Shown here: positions 1-8,824 of the stretch, piece after piece | Layout: each line of letters starts with the position of its first letter | How positions within the stretch are numbered: the first letter of the stretch is position 1 | Assembly: GCA_036759025.1 (NCBI GenBank) | Contig: DAIOVL010000018.1 | Coordinates: 2,494 to 66,493, forward strand | Reading direction: 5' to 3' | DNA length: 64,000 nucleotides | Origin: Bacteroidales bacterium | GTDB taxonomy: Bacteria > Bacteroidota > Bacteroidia > Bacteroidales > VadinHA17 | Program-made: the position numbers and the translations under genes | Notes under the pieces: model-generated | What the model was told of the DNA's origin: nothing | What the model saw: the letters and a program-made list of their open reading frames with translations, nothing else | Databases searched by the model: none

Positions 1-196
1 GTGTCAGAGTTATTATTCCCTGAATATATACGCCCGTGTCGACCTGTGTTTTTCCGCTCCCGTACATATCCCGCAGTTGCTGTATGGTCATATATTCGAT
101 CACGGGCTCGGGCGGGGCTATCGGCTCCCTGTCACATGAGCCTGCAATCACCAGTGCACTTATCAGAACGACCTGTATGTAATATTTTATCTTCAT
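1..196 (-). CDS. Lipoprotein, N-terminal part only (gene runs off the left edge); probable paralog of the 211..1566 lipoprotein
   Basis: My minus-strand translation from the ATG at 194-196 gives MKIKYYIQVVLISALVIAGSCDREPIAPPEPVIEYMTIQQLRDMYGSGKTQVDTGVYIQGIITLT with no stop. It has a signal peptide and lipobox Cys. The 'QQLRDMY...VYIQGIITL' pattern matches 'VEQVKALY...AIRGIVTAS' in the neighbouring gene. The track's + ORF 1..198 looks like a shadow of this gene. Confidence 0.5.
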   Translation of the reverse strand, partial: MKIKYYIQVVLISALVIAGSCDREPIAPPEPVIEYMTIQQLRDMYGSGKTQVDTGVYIQGIITLT

Positions 197-210
197 GAGT
201 TGCTTTTCCT

Positions 211-1566
211 TTATTTGGCTGTTGTGACTGTTATATTGTCAATTCTGTAGCTTGTGCTCTCGGTATCGCTTCCGGTATATCTGAAGGCGATGACACACGT
301 TTTGCCGGCTTCAACAGGAAGACTGATGTTTCCGGAGGAAATGAATGTATGATCGGGATCACCCTGTATGGCCAGAGTACAGCTAACAGGAACCCATGTT
401 GCCGTAAGCAGGTTGCGTCCGGTATAATTTGTTGAATAAAAAACTTCGAAGGGCTTGCTGCCTGTTGCATGTTCCCAGTAGGCTTTGGCCGTTTCAAACG
501 AGAGGACCTTCTGTGTTGAAATTGTAACCGGCCTTGTTATAAGCCATGTTACCATCGAGGGGAGGTTTGAATTATACCCTGTGGCCTGGGCATATGTGTT
601 CCCGGAGTAATATTTTGCCTGCCAGTTCCTGTCACCTTCCTGGGCAATATTCTGCCATCCGCTTATCAGCACTTCAGTATTATTAGCGAAGGATGAAAAA
701 TCCTGAGTGATGGTTTCAACGGGAGTGCCAAGATCGGGAACCCCCGGCATACACCTTTCATTAGTTAGTTTTACTTCCGAAAAATCCCTTATGATAAACT
801 GGTAGTCGGAACTGAACCTTGTAATGATGCCGGTCATTGTGCCGTTTGTTTCAGGAATGATATTTCCGGCGAAGGAAGCATAACCGGATGTTCTGACTAT
901 GATCTTGCTGTTACTGCAGTCGGTCAGATCGCGGTTCAACGACTGAGGAGGATCTGATTCTATGTCCGCATAGGTCTGGTTCACCGCATTTCCTGCAAAC
1001 TGAACGTCTTTGAGGGTGACCAGTTTGCCCAGGAACGCAAGGCTCTTTGCCTGGGCAATGGTGATGGTGTCGGGCCGTGTCGGATTGTTTACAGAGGTCT
1101 TCAATACCTGCCTGTCCATGTTCATCCCCGAAACCCTGATGTCTCCGTCTTCTTCGTGATAGGGCGTACTGCCCACCTGCCAGAAATCGCCGTAATCACC
1201 TATATAGCAGCCTTTAAGGTTCACTATTACCGAGTCGCCGATGTACAGGCCGCTTGTGGAATCAAATATCAGTCTTATGCCTCCCGAAGCATCCTGGACA
1301 AAAGCTTCCTTGTACAGGTTGCCGTCTTTTTTGTCACTTGCCGTTACAATGCCCCTGATTGCCCATTCTTCAGTTATCGCGACAGGTTGCCTTAAACTGT
1401 AATTGAGTGCCAGCTGGTCAGCATAAAGAGCCTTTACCTGCTCAACAGAGACAATGTTGTCCGGACTGAACAACACTACCGGCGGATCATCTTCGTTATT
1501 GAAATCACAACCGGAAAGCATTGCTGTCAGTAAAAATAACAGGGAAATATTTTTCAACATTTTCAT
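211..1566 (-). CDS. Surface lipoprotein with two OB-fold-like lobes (DUF5689-like by recollection) and a C-terminal beta-sandwich (choice-of-anchor-J-like); non-SusD partner of the upstream TonB-dependent receptor
   Basis: Lipobox LSGC. Lobe 1 is IRGIVTASDKKDGNLYKEAFVQDASGGIRLIFD...GDSVIVNLKG...FWQVG. Lobe 2 is LVTLKDVQF...DLTDCSNSKIIVRTSGYASFAGNIIPETNGTMTGIITRFSSDYQFIIRD. It lies 71 nt downstream of the receptor on the same strand. Confidence 0.75.
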   Translation of the reverse strand: MKMLKNISLLFLLTAMLSGCDFNNEDDPPVVLFSPDNIVSVEQVKALYADQLALNYSLRQPVAITEEWAIRGIVTASDKKDGNLYKEAFVQDASGGIRLIFDSTSGLYIGDSVIVNLKGCYIGDYGDFWQVGSTPYHEEDGDIRVSGMNMDRQVLKTSVNNPTRPDTITIAQAKSLAFLGKLVTLKDVQFAGNAVNQTYADIESDPPQSLNRDLTDCSNSKIIVRTSGYASFAGNIIPETNGTMTGIITRFSSDYQFIIRDFSEVKLTNERCMPGVPDLGTPVETITQDFSSFANNTEVLISGWQNIAQEGDRNWQAKYYSGNTYAQATGYNSNLPSMVTWLITRPVTISTQKVLSFETAKAYWEHATGSKPFEVFYSTNYTGRNLLTATWVPVSCTLAIQGDPDHTFISSGNISLPVEAGKTCVIAFRYTGSDTESTSYRIDNITVTTAK

Positions 1567-1637
1567 TTATAGCTTTTTATTTTGTTCGTTTTTATAAGTA
1601 TTCTACAGATATTTAACCCACCCTTTTAAACTTTAAA

Positions 1638-4358
1638 CTACATCCTCACACTGAAATTAAGGAAGTAATTGAACCCGTTATAATAATACACCTTCGGATC
1701 GAAAAGATCAGGTCTGTCTGGATCGTACCTGTATTGCTCGAAACCTCCCGTGCCAAAGCTTTTATTGTTTAAAATATTACTGATGTTGGCGCTTAGGCTG
1801 ATAAAGGTGTCTTTAATTCTCCATGATTTACCCAGGAAAATATCGAGAAGATATCCCGGTGCCTGTTTTTTCTGGATATCCCAGTACTGAAAATAGCCGG
1901 TTTCAGCATCTTTGGTGCGTGTCACAGGGTTGAAATCGAGGTATATGTTATCATAGTAGCTTCCCGTTATGCTTGCCCACCAGTATCTCGACGAGTTGTA
2001 TTCGAGGCCCAGGGAAAAGGCAGTCTGAGGTGTTCCGCTTTGTCTGAAATATTTTATCCACACCTCTTCAATACGAAGAACCTCATTGTTATTGTCCTGG
2101 GTAATGGTGATATTCGGGTTATTAACCCACAGGTACTGTCCCAGGGCTGCAGCAGTGTTCAGGGTAAGGCCTGTCGTCAGAGTTACTTCCGCACCTATCT
2201 CCAGACCGTAATTTTCCTTGTCGATGTTCGTCATCGCGTAGTTGACAAGTGTCATAAGGTCGTCGTGGTAAAAAGTGGTTACCTCTGTCTGTTTCATGAA
2301 TTTCGTATAATAGCCGGTGATCCGTCCGGTTATCCACGGAGCCCGGAGGACGTAGCTGGCATCTGCCGAAATAATAGTTTCCTCCTGAAGGTTGGGCGTG
2401 GCGGTGTTCCTCGTCCTGGGTGAAAGGAAGGAATTGCGGAACAATGGAGGGTTGGTTGCTATCAGTGTATTCAGCGTGATAAGGTGTCTTCCCGTGATCC
2501 TGTAATCACCTCCTGCCTTGACACCCCAGGTCATATAATCAAGCACTTCCGATTTACCAAGCGAATTATCGGGAAACAGTCCTTTCCTCATCAGGCCTTC
2601 TCTCCACATTGACGTGTACCTGACGTTTCCACTCAGGTAAACTGAGTAACGGTTGTGGCTGTACCTGCCTGTTCCCCAAAGTGTCCCGCCTCTCTGAAAA
2701 ACATAATAGTTGTTGCCGATAATGTCACCTTCAACTGCAAGGTTGTCAGGGTTCTCAAGGTCATTCTGAAGGGCATCCCGGTTTGCCGGCTGATCGCTTT
2801 CGGCGAACTTGTCAATATCGAGCCAGAATTCACCGCCCAGGAGATCTTTTACAGTGTTGAAGTTATGCCCTCTGAAGATGTCGGCAAGTATACCACCGGT
2901 TACATTTAATCTTTCATTCAAATCCCAGGATGCCCTTGTGTTGAGCTGGAACTGAGAGATGTCGTTACGGCGGTCCTCGACAATATATTTGGATCTCAAC
3001 CCTGTAACATTATTTCCGGGGATCCCTTCAGCATCTTCCATGTAGAAAAGGTTTTTGCGGTTGGCAAAATAGAAACCGTCCCAGTCGATATGGCTTACAG
3101 AGGGGTCATTGACCCAGGCTGTGGCTATTCTGAGTGAATCTTCCTGATCGGTATAGTATGAAGGAAGCTTCCGGTAATAGTCGGGGCGGGGGTCGAGGGG
3201 ATCGTACCAGTTAAGTGCCGAGTAGCCGCTTTTTCCGAACCAGTAGCCAACGGTAGTCTGAACGTCCACTTTTTCACCCGGATTCCAGATATGTGCAAGT
3301 GTGAGCAGAGGTTTGTTATTGCTGCGAACCCTTGAGTTACGAACCTCTCCGTTCTGATAACCCCAGTAAGGGTTGTAGAAATTGTCATTCATCAGGTCGT
3401 AGATCTCCTGTGTGGTCCCGCCTGCTACGCCTCTTTCATATATGGCATTCAGGGCCGTGAAGTTAAGACTGTGACGGGGATTTAGTTTCTTCTCCACCGA
3501 AAGGAAAAATGAGTTTGCATCGTAGAAAGTCCCTTCTTCGTAGCCTCTTTCGCTCCAGCGTTTTGAATAGCTTCCGGTGATGGCCCAGTTGTTATCCATC
3601 AATCCGGTGGAATAAGTGAGCATAAGCCTGTTGCCGTATGTCCGGTTTGAAAGTGAATACACGGCTTTTATACCTGTCCTGTATTCCGAGGCTCTTGTAT
3701 TTATTCGTGTTGCACCACCTACGGGTTCAAAAAGGAAGCCTATCGGCTCTGGTCCTGAGGTGACCATGGCGCTTCTCATGACATCGTTAAGGCCTCCCCA
3801 GTTGGACCAGTAAGGAGATCCAGACTCTATATCGTTCATTACGAAGCCGTTGAGACTGACGTTACTGTAGTTTGCATCATAACCTCTTACCCTGAACATA
3901 ACCGGTCCGAAAGTATAGGCTGCGTTGCTGAGGAAAACATCAGCGCCGGCACTAAGGATACCCTGTACCGATTGTGTTTCAAATCCGTCATCTTCAATAC
4001 CTTCACTGATATTTAAAGTGAAGAGATCCTGCCTTGATAATGCCGATGATCTCAGACCCGTCGTTCCGGCATCAGTTACTTCATCTGTTTTCACAACAAC
4101 TTCAATTACAGCCTGATCAAAATCGGTGTTATTGATGTATAGTATATGTTCCCCTTCGGGAAGCGATAGCGAAAATGTACCATCACTTGTTGTGATCCCG
4201 ACCACTCTTCCCGAGGCATTTGTTATTTCCGTGCCCGGAAGTCCCGTCTGTTTTTCGGTATCAATCACTTTTCCTATTACCGTACCCTGCTGGGAATATC
4301 CTGCTACAGAGAATATTGCCAGGGATAAAAATAAGATAATCAGTTTGTTGTATTTCAT
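1638..4358 (-). CDS. TonB-dependent outer-membrane receptor with an N-terminal carboxypeptidase-regulatory-like domain
   Basis: 906 aa with a signal peptide. GTVIGKVIDTEKQTGLPGTEITN...DGTFSLSLPEGEHILYIN is a CarbopepD_reg-like fold. A plug region follows (VRGYDANYSNVSLNGFVMND), then a long beta-barrel with alternating hydrophobic residues. Confidence 0.9.
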   Translation of the reverse strand: MKYNKLIILFLSLAIFSVAGYSQQGTVIGKVIDTEKQTGLPGTEITNASGRVVGITTSDGTFSLSLPEGEHILYINNTDFDQAVIEVVVKTDEVTDAGTTGLRSSALSRQDLFTLNISEGIEDDGFETQSVQGILSAGADVFLSNAAYTFGPVMFRVRGYDANYSNVSLNGFVMNDIESGSPYWSNWGGLNDVMRSAMVTSGPEPIGFLFEPVGGATRINTRASEYRTGIKAVYSLSNRTYGNRLMLTYSTGLMDNNWAITGSYSKRWSERGYEEGTFYDANSFFLSVEKKLNPRHSLNFTALNAIYERGVAGGTTQEIYDLMNDNFYNPYWGYQNGEVRNSRVRSNNKPLLTLAHIWNPGEKVDVQTTVGYWFGKSGYSALNWYDPLDPRPDYYRKLPSYYTDQEDSLRIATAWVNDPSVSHIDWDGFYFANRKNLFYMEDAEGIPGNNVTGLRSKYIVEDRRNDISQFQLNTRASWDLNERLNVTGGILADIFRGHNFNTVKDLLGGEFWLDIDKFAESDQPANRDALQNDLENPDNLAVEGDIIGNNYYVFQRGGTLWGTGRYSHNRYSVYLSGNVRYTSMWREGLMRKGLFPDNSLGKSEVLDYMTWGVKAGGDYRITGRHLITLNTLIATNPPLFRNSFLSPRTRNTATPNLQEETIISADASYVLRAPWITGRITGYYTKFMKQTEVTTFYHDDLMTLVNYAMTNIDKENYGLEIGAEVTLTTGLTLNTAAALGQYLWVNNPNITITQDNNNEVLRIEEVWIKYFRQSGTPQTAFSLGLEYNSSRYWWASITGSYYDNIYLDFNPVTRTKDAETGYFQYWDIQKKQAPGYLLDIFLGKSWRIKDTFISLSANISNILNNKSFGTGGFEQYRYDPDRPDLFDPKVYYYNGFNYFLNFSVRM

Positions 4359-4475
4359 GAGCGGTGATAAAATTTCGCTGTAAATATACTACAAATCCTG
4401 TTTCCTCAGACTCATGGCATCATATTTGGTCGCAATGCTTTATATATTAACTTTACAGCTTTCAAAACGGACTGG

Positions 4476-5510
4476 ATGAAGAAAATGCTGGTTATTGTGG
4501 TGATGGTCTTCCTGTCAGGACAGGCTAATTCACAGACTTACAGGGCTGGACTGATAGCTTTTTATAACCTCGAAAACCTTTTCGACACTATTAATAATGA
4601 TAATGTTCTTGATGAAGAATTTACACCAGATGGACTAAACCGTTGGACAGGTGTCAAGTATCTGAAGAAGCTAGGCAATATGGCTGAGGCCATCTCACGA
4701 ATAGGAGAAGATGATGGCTGGAAGGGAGGACCGGCGATACTGGGTGTCTCCGAAATTGAGAACCGGGGTGTGCTTGAGGATCTGATCCGCCATCCATTGC
4801 TCAGGGAAGCAGGTTATCAGATTGTTCATTATGACTCGCCTGACAGGAGGGGTGTTGATGTGGCGTTACTGTATCGTACTGCTTTTTTCAGGGTCACTGC
4901 TTCCGGCAGCAACGAGCTCAGAATATTCAACGAAAGTGGTGAGAGAGTTTTTACCCGCGACCAGCTAGTGGTTTCAGGGATTTTTGATGGGGAACCGATG
5001 CATTTCATAGTTAATCACTGGCCTTCACGCAGCGGAGGTGAACTGCTTACAAAGCCCAGGCGTAACGAAGCGGCAATGCTTACCCGTCATCTCGTCGACA
5101 GCCTTCTGGCAATTGATAAAGAAGCAAAGGTCTTTGTTATGGGAGACCTCAATGATGATCCGACCGACGAAAGCCTTCGTAAATATCTCCGGGCTGTTGG
5201 AAATCCTGAAAAAATGAATGAGGATGAAATGTTCAATTGCATGTATCCGCTTTTCAGAAAAGGGGTGGGATCATTGTATTACAGGGACGGTGTAAATCTT
5301 TTTGACCAGATTGTCATCACTCAGGCGCTCACAGGGAAAGATTATTCATCATATAAATTCTACCAGGCAAGGGTATTCAACAGTCAGTTTCTGGTTCAGA
5401 AAGACGGACAGTACAAAGGTTACCCTCTCCGGACGATGGTAGGCACAGTTTTTCAGGGCGGCTACAGCGATCATTTTCCTGTTTACGTGCTGATTGTCAG
5501 GGGACAGTAA
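4476..5510 (+). CDS. Secreted endonuclease/exonuclease/phosphatase (EEP) family enzyme, ExeM/NucH-like catalytic core
   Basis: Signal peptide MKKMLVIVVMVFLSGQANSQ. EEP motifs present: FYNLENLFD, GVSEIEN, FIVNHWPSRSGG, MGDLNDDP, YSDHFPVYV. Confidence 0.85.
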   Translation: MKKMLVIVVMVFLSGQANSQTYRAGLIAFYNLENLFDTINNDNVLDEEFTPDGLNRWTGVKYLKKLGNMAEAISRIGEDDGWKGGPAILGVSEIENRGVLEDLIRHPLLREAGYQIVHYDSPDRRGVDVALLYRTAFFRVTASGSNELRIFNESGERVFTRDQLVVSGIFDGEPMHFIVNHWPSRSGGELLTKPRRNEAAMLTRHLVDSLLAIDKEAKVFVMGDLNDDPTDESLRKYLRAVGNPEKMNEDEMFNCMYPLFRKGVGSLYYRDGVNLFDQIVITQALTGKDYSSYKFYQARVFNSQFLVQKDGQYKGYPLRTMVGTVFQGGYSDHFPVYVLIVRGQ

Positions 5511-5522
5511 AAGTGAAGGTGA

Positions 5523-6419
5523 TCACTCCGCTGCAACAAGCTTTATTCCCACCGGCCGGTGATCGGAAATATAGTATGAGTATTCCGGATAACATGGTGC
5601 TGCCTTGTAAACCATCGTGGTGTCTAGATTGAAGAAGAGTTCATCGGTTATAAGAATATGGTCTATATGGCTTGGCCATGAGGGGTAGGACCACCACAGC
5701 TGACTCCCCGAAGCAATTTCCATATCGGCAAAACGGTAGTTTTCAGGATCGTTAATAAAATTGAGGAAAGGATTTTCATCAGCCCCGGTGCCGGTAATTT
5801 CGTCGTTGAGATCTCCAAGTATGATCACTGCATCATCGGCCCTGTCGTTATCGATGTAATCTTTCAGCAAAAGAGAAGCCATCCTCCTGCTTGTCTCATT
5901 TTCAAATCCTCCGCAGCATTTAAGATGGTTGTTGATGAGAATAAGGTCTAAGCCTGTATTTTTATGCATTATACTGATCTCAAAGGGGGGCCTCGGGAAA
6001 TATTCGGAACCACTGAAGAGAAGCCTTGCCGAGCCCTGGGAAACTGATATCTCAGAGGTTTTCCAGATATAGGCAAGGTTCCAGTCGGAATTGTTAATAA
6101 GGTAGAAAAGGCCTGAATAACCTGGCATGAGGCTAATAAGCTGATTGAAGGAAGCTTCTGATGCCACCTCCTGAAGTGCATATATGTCGGCGTCGATGGT
6201 ATTCAGAAGAGAGGCGACGGCTATTGCTGAAGAATATCCGTTCAGAGGGAATGTTTCAATGTTGAATGTTACAATATCAAGACTTGAACCTGAGCCCGGG
6301 TAAGGGATGCAGGGAACGAAGATATCTGATTCTCCCGGAGAGGGAGGCTCAGGTACCTGCCGGCATGCGGCTGCAGTCAGTAAGAACAGTATATATATTA
6401 TTATACGTAGATCCTTCAT
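5523..6419 (-). CDS. EEP-family lipoprotein (second putative nuclease/phosphodiesterase)
   Basis: EEP motifs present: VTFNIETFP, DIYALQEV, INNHLKCCGG, LGDLNDE, ISDHRPVGI. The track start at 6431 is TTG. I prefer the ATG at 6419, which gives MKDLRIIIYILFLLTAAAC, a signal peptide with lipobox. Confidence 0.8.
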   Translation of the reverse strand: MKDLRIIIYILFLLTAAACRQVPEPPSPGESDIFVPCIPYPGSGSSLDIVTFNIETFPLNGYSSAIAVASLLNTIDADIYALQEVASEASFNQLISLMPGYSGLFYLINNSDWNLAYIWKTSEISVSQGSARLLFSGSEYFPRPPFEISIMHKNTGLDLILINNHLKCCGGFENETSRRMASLLLKDYIDNDRADDAVIILGDLNDEITGTGADENPFLNFINDPENYRFADMEIASGSQLWWSYPSWPSHIDHILITDELFFNLDTTMVYKAAPCYPEYSYYISDHRPVGIKLVAAE

Positions 6420-6438
6420 GTATTGTTTCAAAAATTAA

Positions 6439-6481
6439 CCGCAAAGGTCGCAAAGTTATTGTGTCTTTGCGCACTTTGCGG
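6439..6481 (-). terminator. Long interrupted hairpin followed by a T-run on the minus strand; terminator or attenuator between the T9SS cargo gene and the EEP lipoprotein gene
   Basis: CCGCAAAG-GT-CGCAAAG / loop TTATTGTGT / CTTTGCG-CA-CTTTGCGG gives 7+8 bp stems with a 2x2 internal loop. On the minus strand it is followed by TTAATTTTTG. Confidence 0.55.
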
Positions 6482-6519
6482 TCAATATTTTTAAGAAGTT
6501 AAATTGTCTGAAGCAGGTT

Positions 6520-8649
6520 TTACTGTTTAACAAACCTTCTGACCAGGGTCCCTTCTGTTGTATTTATCTTCAGGATGTAGGTTCCGCGTGTCAGTCCCGA
6601 AACAGGAATACCGACAACTTCATCGCTGGAGGTGTTGATGGTTTTGATCACCTTGCCTGCTATGTCGAGCACTTCCACCGACCTGAGTCCGGGAACATTG
6701 CTAAGGTTAAGCAGCGAGGAAGCCGGAACCGGGTAGACCTTTATGTCATCTCTCTGAAGGGCATTTTCTATACCTGTAACCACTGAAAGATCGTTCAGAG
6801 TACGGCTTGCTATCTCAACAGTTGTGTTGTATCTCATTGCAAGTCCTGTAACATCATAGTTGCCCATGGGTATTATTGAGCCCACTATATCGCTTTCGGG
6901 GGCTTCAAAGGTGAAGAATTTGATAGTGTTCACACCATCAGTAAGGTCGTAGGTCTTTTCGGAACCGAATGTTGCTGATCCGTCTGCAATGGGAAAGTTG
7001 ACATTTACCAGCTTGACAAGTCTTGCTTCATATGGGTCGAAGCTGGCAGTAATTTCTGCTATTGTAACGGATGTAACAACAGGAGTGTTGCCGCTGGAAG
7101 CCACGGAAACAGTTGTTTTTGTGGGAACGATCTGATTCATTCCGTTATAGTATCCTAATTTACCTTCCAGGTTCTGGATGTTGTCACCAACAGCAAGAGG
7201 GGTTGTCAGTATTGCAGAAGCATCGTCGATCAGTAATCCTGCTCCCGAATCCTGGATATATTTCTGGTTCCTGTTGGCTGACGACCTGAGGAAGGTGACG
7301 GTTACTTCGGAGCTGATCTTGACGATATCGTTGATAATACATCTGTTCTTCAGGTCGGTGAGGCTTGTAGCCACGGCAATCAGCGTGAAATCTCCGCTTA
7401 CAGAATTAACGGCTGCATTGGAGGCATCAGAGATCCTGATCTGGTACTGGGTTCCGTACAGCGCATCTCCCGGAATGATAAAATTCAATAACCCTGAGGC
7501 TGCCGGCATGGTTTCAACGAGTGTTTCCCATTTATATGTACGGTCAGAATCCACCACCCAGGCTTCTATTTTAACATTATCCACGTTTGCCGAAGTCCAG
7601 GTGATATCCACGTTCTGTCCTGCATAGTATGTCTCACCGCCGGCAGGAGCTGTTAGTGTAATTGTTGCTGCGGAAGCGGATACTGTGGTGAATGTGATAT
7701 TTGAACCGGTGGTTTCGTTCCCGCTTAGGTCTTCAACGGCTCCCACAGCCAGGTAATAAAGCTGGGAGTTATCCAGTGAAGCCGAAGGCGTGATGGTTAT
7801 TACCTTTTTTGAGTCATCAATTGTAGCGGAGAAAGGAACGTTATCGCCTGAAGCATCGGTCTTTTTAAATGTAACCAGACTTGCAAGATCGCTGTTCTCC
7901 AGTGCATTTCCGTCGGTTTTTCTTATGGCTTCATTGTAGGTAACAGTAGGAATTACACCTATGGCAACGTCGGTTGCTTCGTTTTCCGGATCAAAATCAG
8001 GGATTGGTGCCTGGGAATCTTCAATAATGAAAAGGTTGTCTATCCTGTTATTCCCTGAACTTGATGTTGCTCCTGTAACGGTAAGTTTCAGATAAACAGT
8101 AGCAGCATTGTTTATAGCTTCTATTGATGTAAGGTCAACAGTCTCAACTGACCATGTTGAAGTCTTATTGGCTGCATTAGTGGCGCATGCAGTATAAGAA
8201 ATATTATCAGTACTCCATTCCCAGGAATGGGTGTCAAATCCAGTGGAAGTACCTCTCGTAGCAAGCAATACTTTAATTTTACTTAATGCCAGAGTCGAAA
8301 ATTTAATAACAAGGCTTTTCCCGTTAGCCGTGTTATTGGCAAGAGCCAAGGCCATTCCGGATGCAGGTGTAGGTCTTGGATCATTCAGAGTAGTACCACT
8401 GAAGGCAGTTAGTTCCGGGCTTGTAGGAACTGATATCCATGAAGATGAACCATTAGTTCCATCAAGGTAGATGAACGAGTTGGATGTTGAACTGCCATAA
8501 TCTGCCTGGATTACACTTGCTGTGGGCACTTCGCTTGTAGGTGCCAGTAAGCCATCAAATGACCACGAAGCTATAATTGTCTGTGCTGAAACATTGGAAA
8601 AAAAACCAGCCAGAACTATAAAAACTAAACTGAGTAGAGTTTTTTTCAT
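6520..8649 (-). CDS. T9SS-secreted multidomain surface protein: N-terminal domain, bacterial Ig-like domain, two-lobed OB-like module, type-A T9SS C-terminal sorting domain
   Basis: Signal peptide ...SNVSAQ. Ig-like segment DFDPENEATDVAIGVIPTVTYNEAI...ITITPSASLDNSQLYYLAVGAVEDLSGNE. OB-like module KYIQDSGAGLLIDD...VGDNIQNLEGKLGYYNGMNQIVP plus ARLVKLVNVNF...YDLTDGVNTIKFFT...IIPMGNYDVTGLAMRYNTTVEIASR. The C-terminus IKVYPVPASSLLNLSN...GTYILKINTTEGTLVRRFVKQ is typical of a T9SS CTD. Confidence 0.8.
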   Translation of the reverse strand: MKKTLLSLVFIVLAGFFSNVSAQTIIASWSFDGLLAPTSEVPTASVIQADYGSSTSNSFIYLDGTNGSSSWISVPTSPELTAFSGTTLNDPRPTPASGMALALANNTANGKSLVIKFSTLALSKIKVLLATRGTSTGFDTHSWEWSTDNISYTACATNAANKTSTWSVETVDLTSIEAINNAATVYLKLTVTGATSSSGNNRIDNLFIIEDSQAPIPDFDPENEATDVAIGVIPTVTYNEAIRKTDGNALENSDLASLVTFKKTDASGDNVPFSATIDDSKKVITITPSASLDNSQLYYLAVGAVEDLSGNETTGSNITFTTVSASAATITLTAPAGGETYYAGQNVDITWTSANVDNVKIEAWVVDSDRTYKWETLVETMPAASGLLNFIIPGDALYGTQYQIRISDASNAAVNSVSGDFTLIAVATSLTDLKNRCIINDIVKISSEVTVTFLRSSANRNQKYIQDSGAGLLIDDASAILTTPLAVGDNIQNLEGKLGYYNGMNQIVPTKTTVSVASSGNTPVVTSVTIAEITASFDPYEARLVKLVNVNFPIADGSATFGSEKTYDLTDGVNTIKFFTFEAPESDIVGSIIPMGNYDVTGLAMRYNTTVEIASRTLNDLSVVTGIENALQRDDIKVYPVPASSLLNLSNVPGLRSVEVLDIAGKVIKTINTSSDEVVGIPVSGLTRGTYILKINTTEGTLVRRFVKQ

Positions 8650-8771
8650 ATCGTATATGTTTTGGTTTAACGAAAATTAGCCTTACAAGTTCAGAAAATC
8701 CGGTCAGAATGACAAATATTGAAGCCATAATTAATTAACAAAATGTCATTGCCCATAATGATCAAAAATCC

Positions 8772-8779
8772 TACCTTTG
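8772..8779 (+). promoter_or_regulatory. Bacteroidota -7 promoter box (TAnnTTTG) for dcp
   Basis: TACCTTTG is an exact match, 45 nt upstream of the GTG start at 8825. Confidence 0.45.
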
Positions 8780-8824
8780 CATTCCCTGATATGACAACCT
8801 AAGTAAAAACTAAAATAACAAGTC

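Noticed and set aside
1-198. 65-aa + strand ORF at the left edge
   Set aside because: The opposite strand encodes a clean signal-peptide/lipobox N-terminus that resembles the neighbouring lipoprotein. The + ORF is Arg/Ser/Pro-rich with no features.
211-4358. Possible canonical SusC/SusD polysaccharide utilisation locus
   Set aside because: The lipoprotein after the receptor is a beta-rich, OB-like/beta-sandwich protein. It is not an all-helical TPR-like SusD, and there are no glycoside hydrolases or a hybrid two-component sensor adjacent. I treat it instead as a non-PUL receptor locus (see the first finding).
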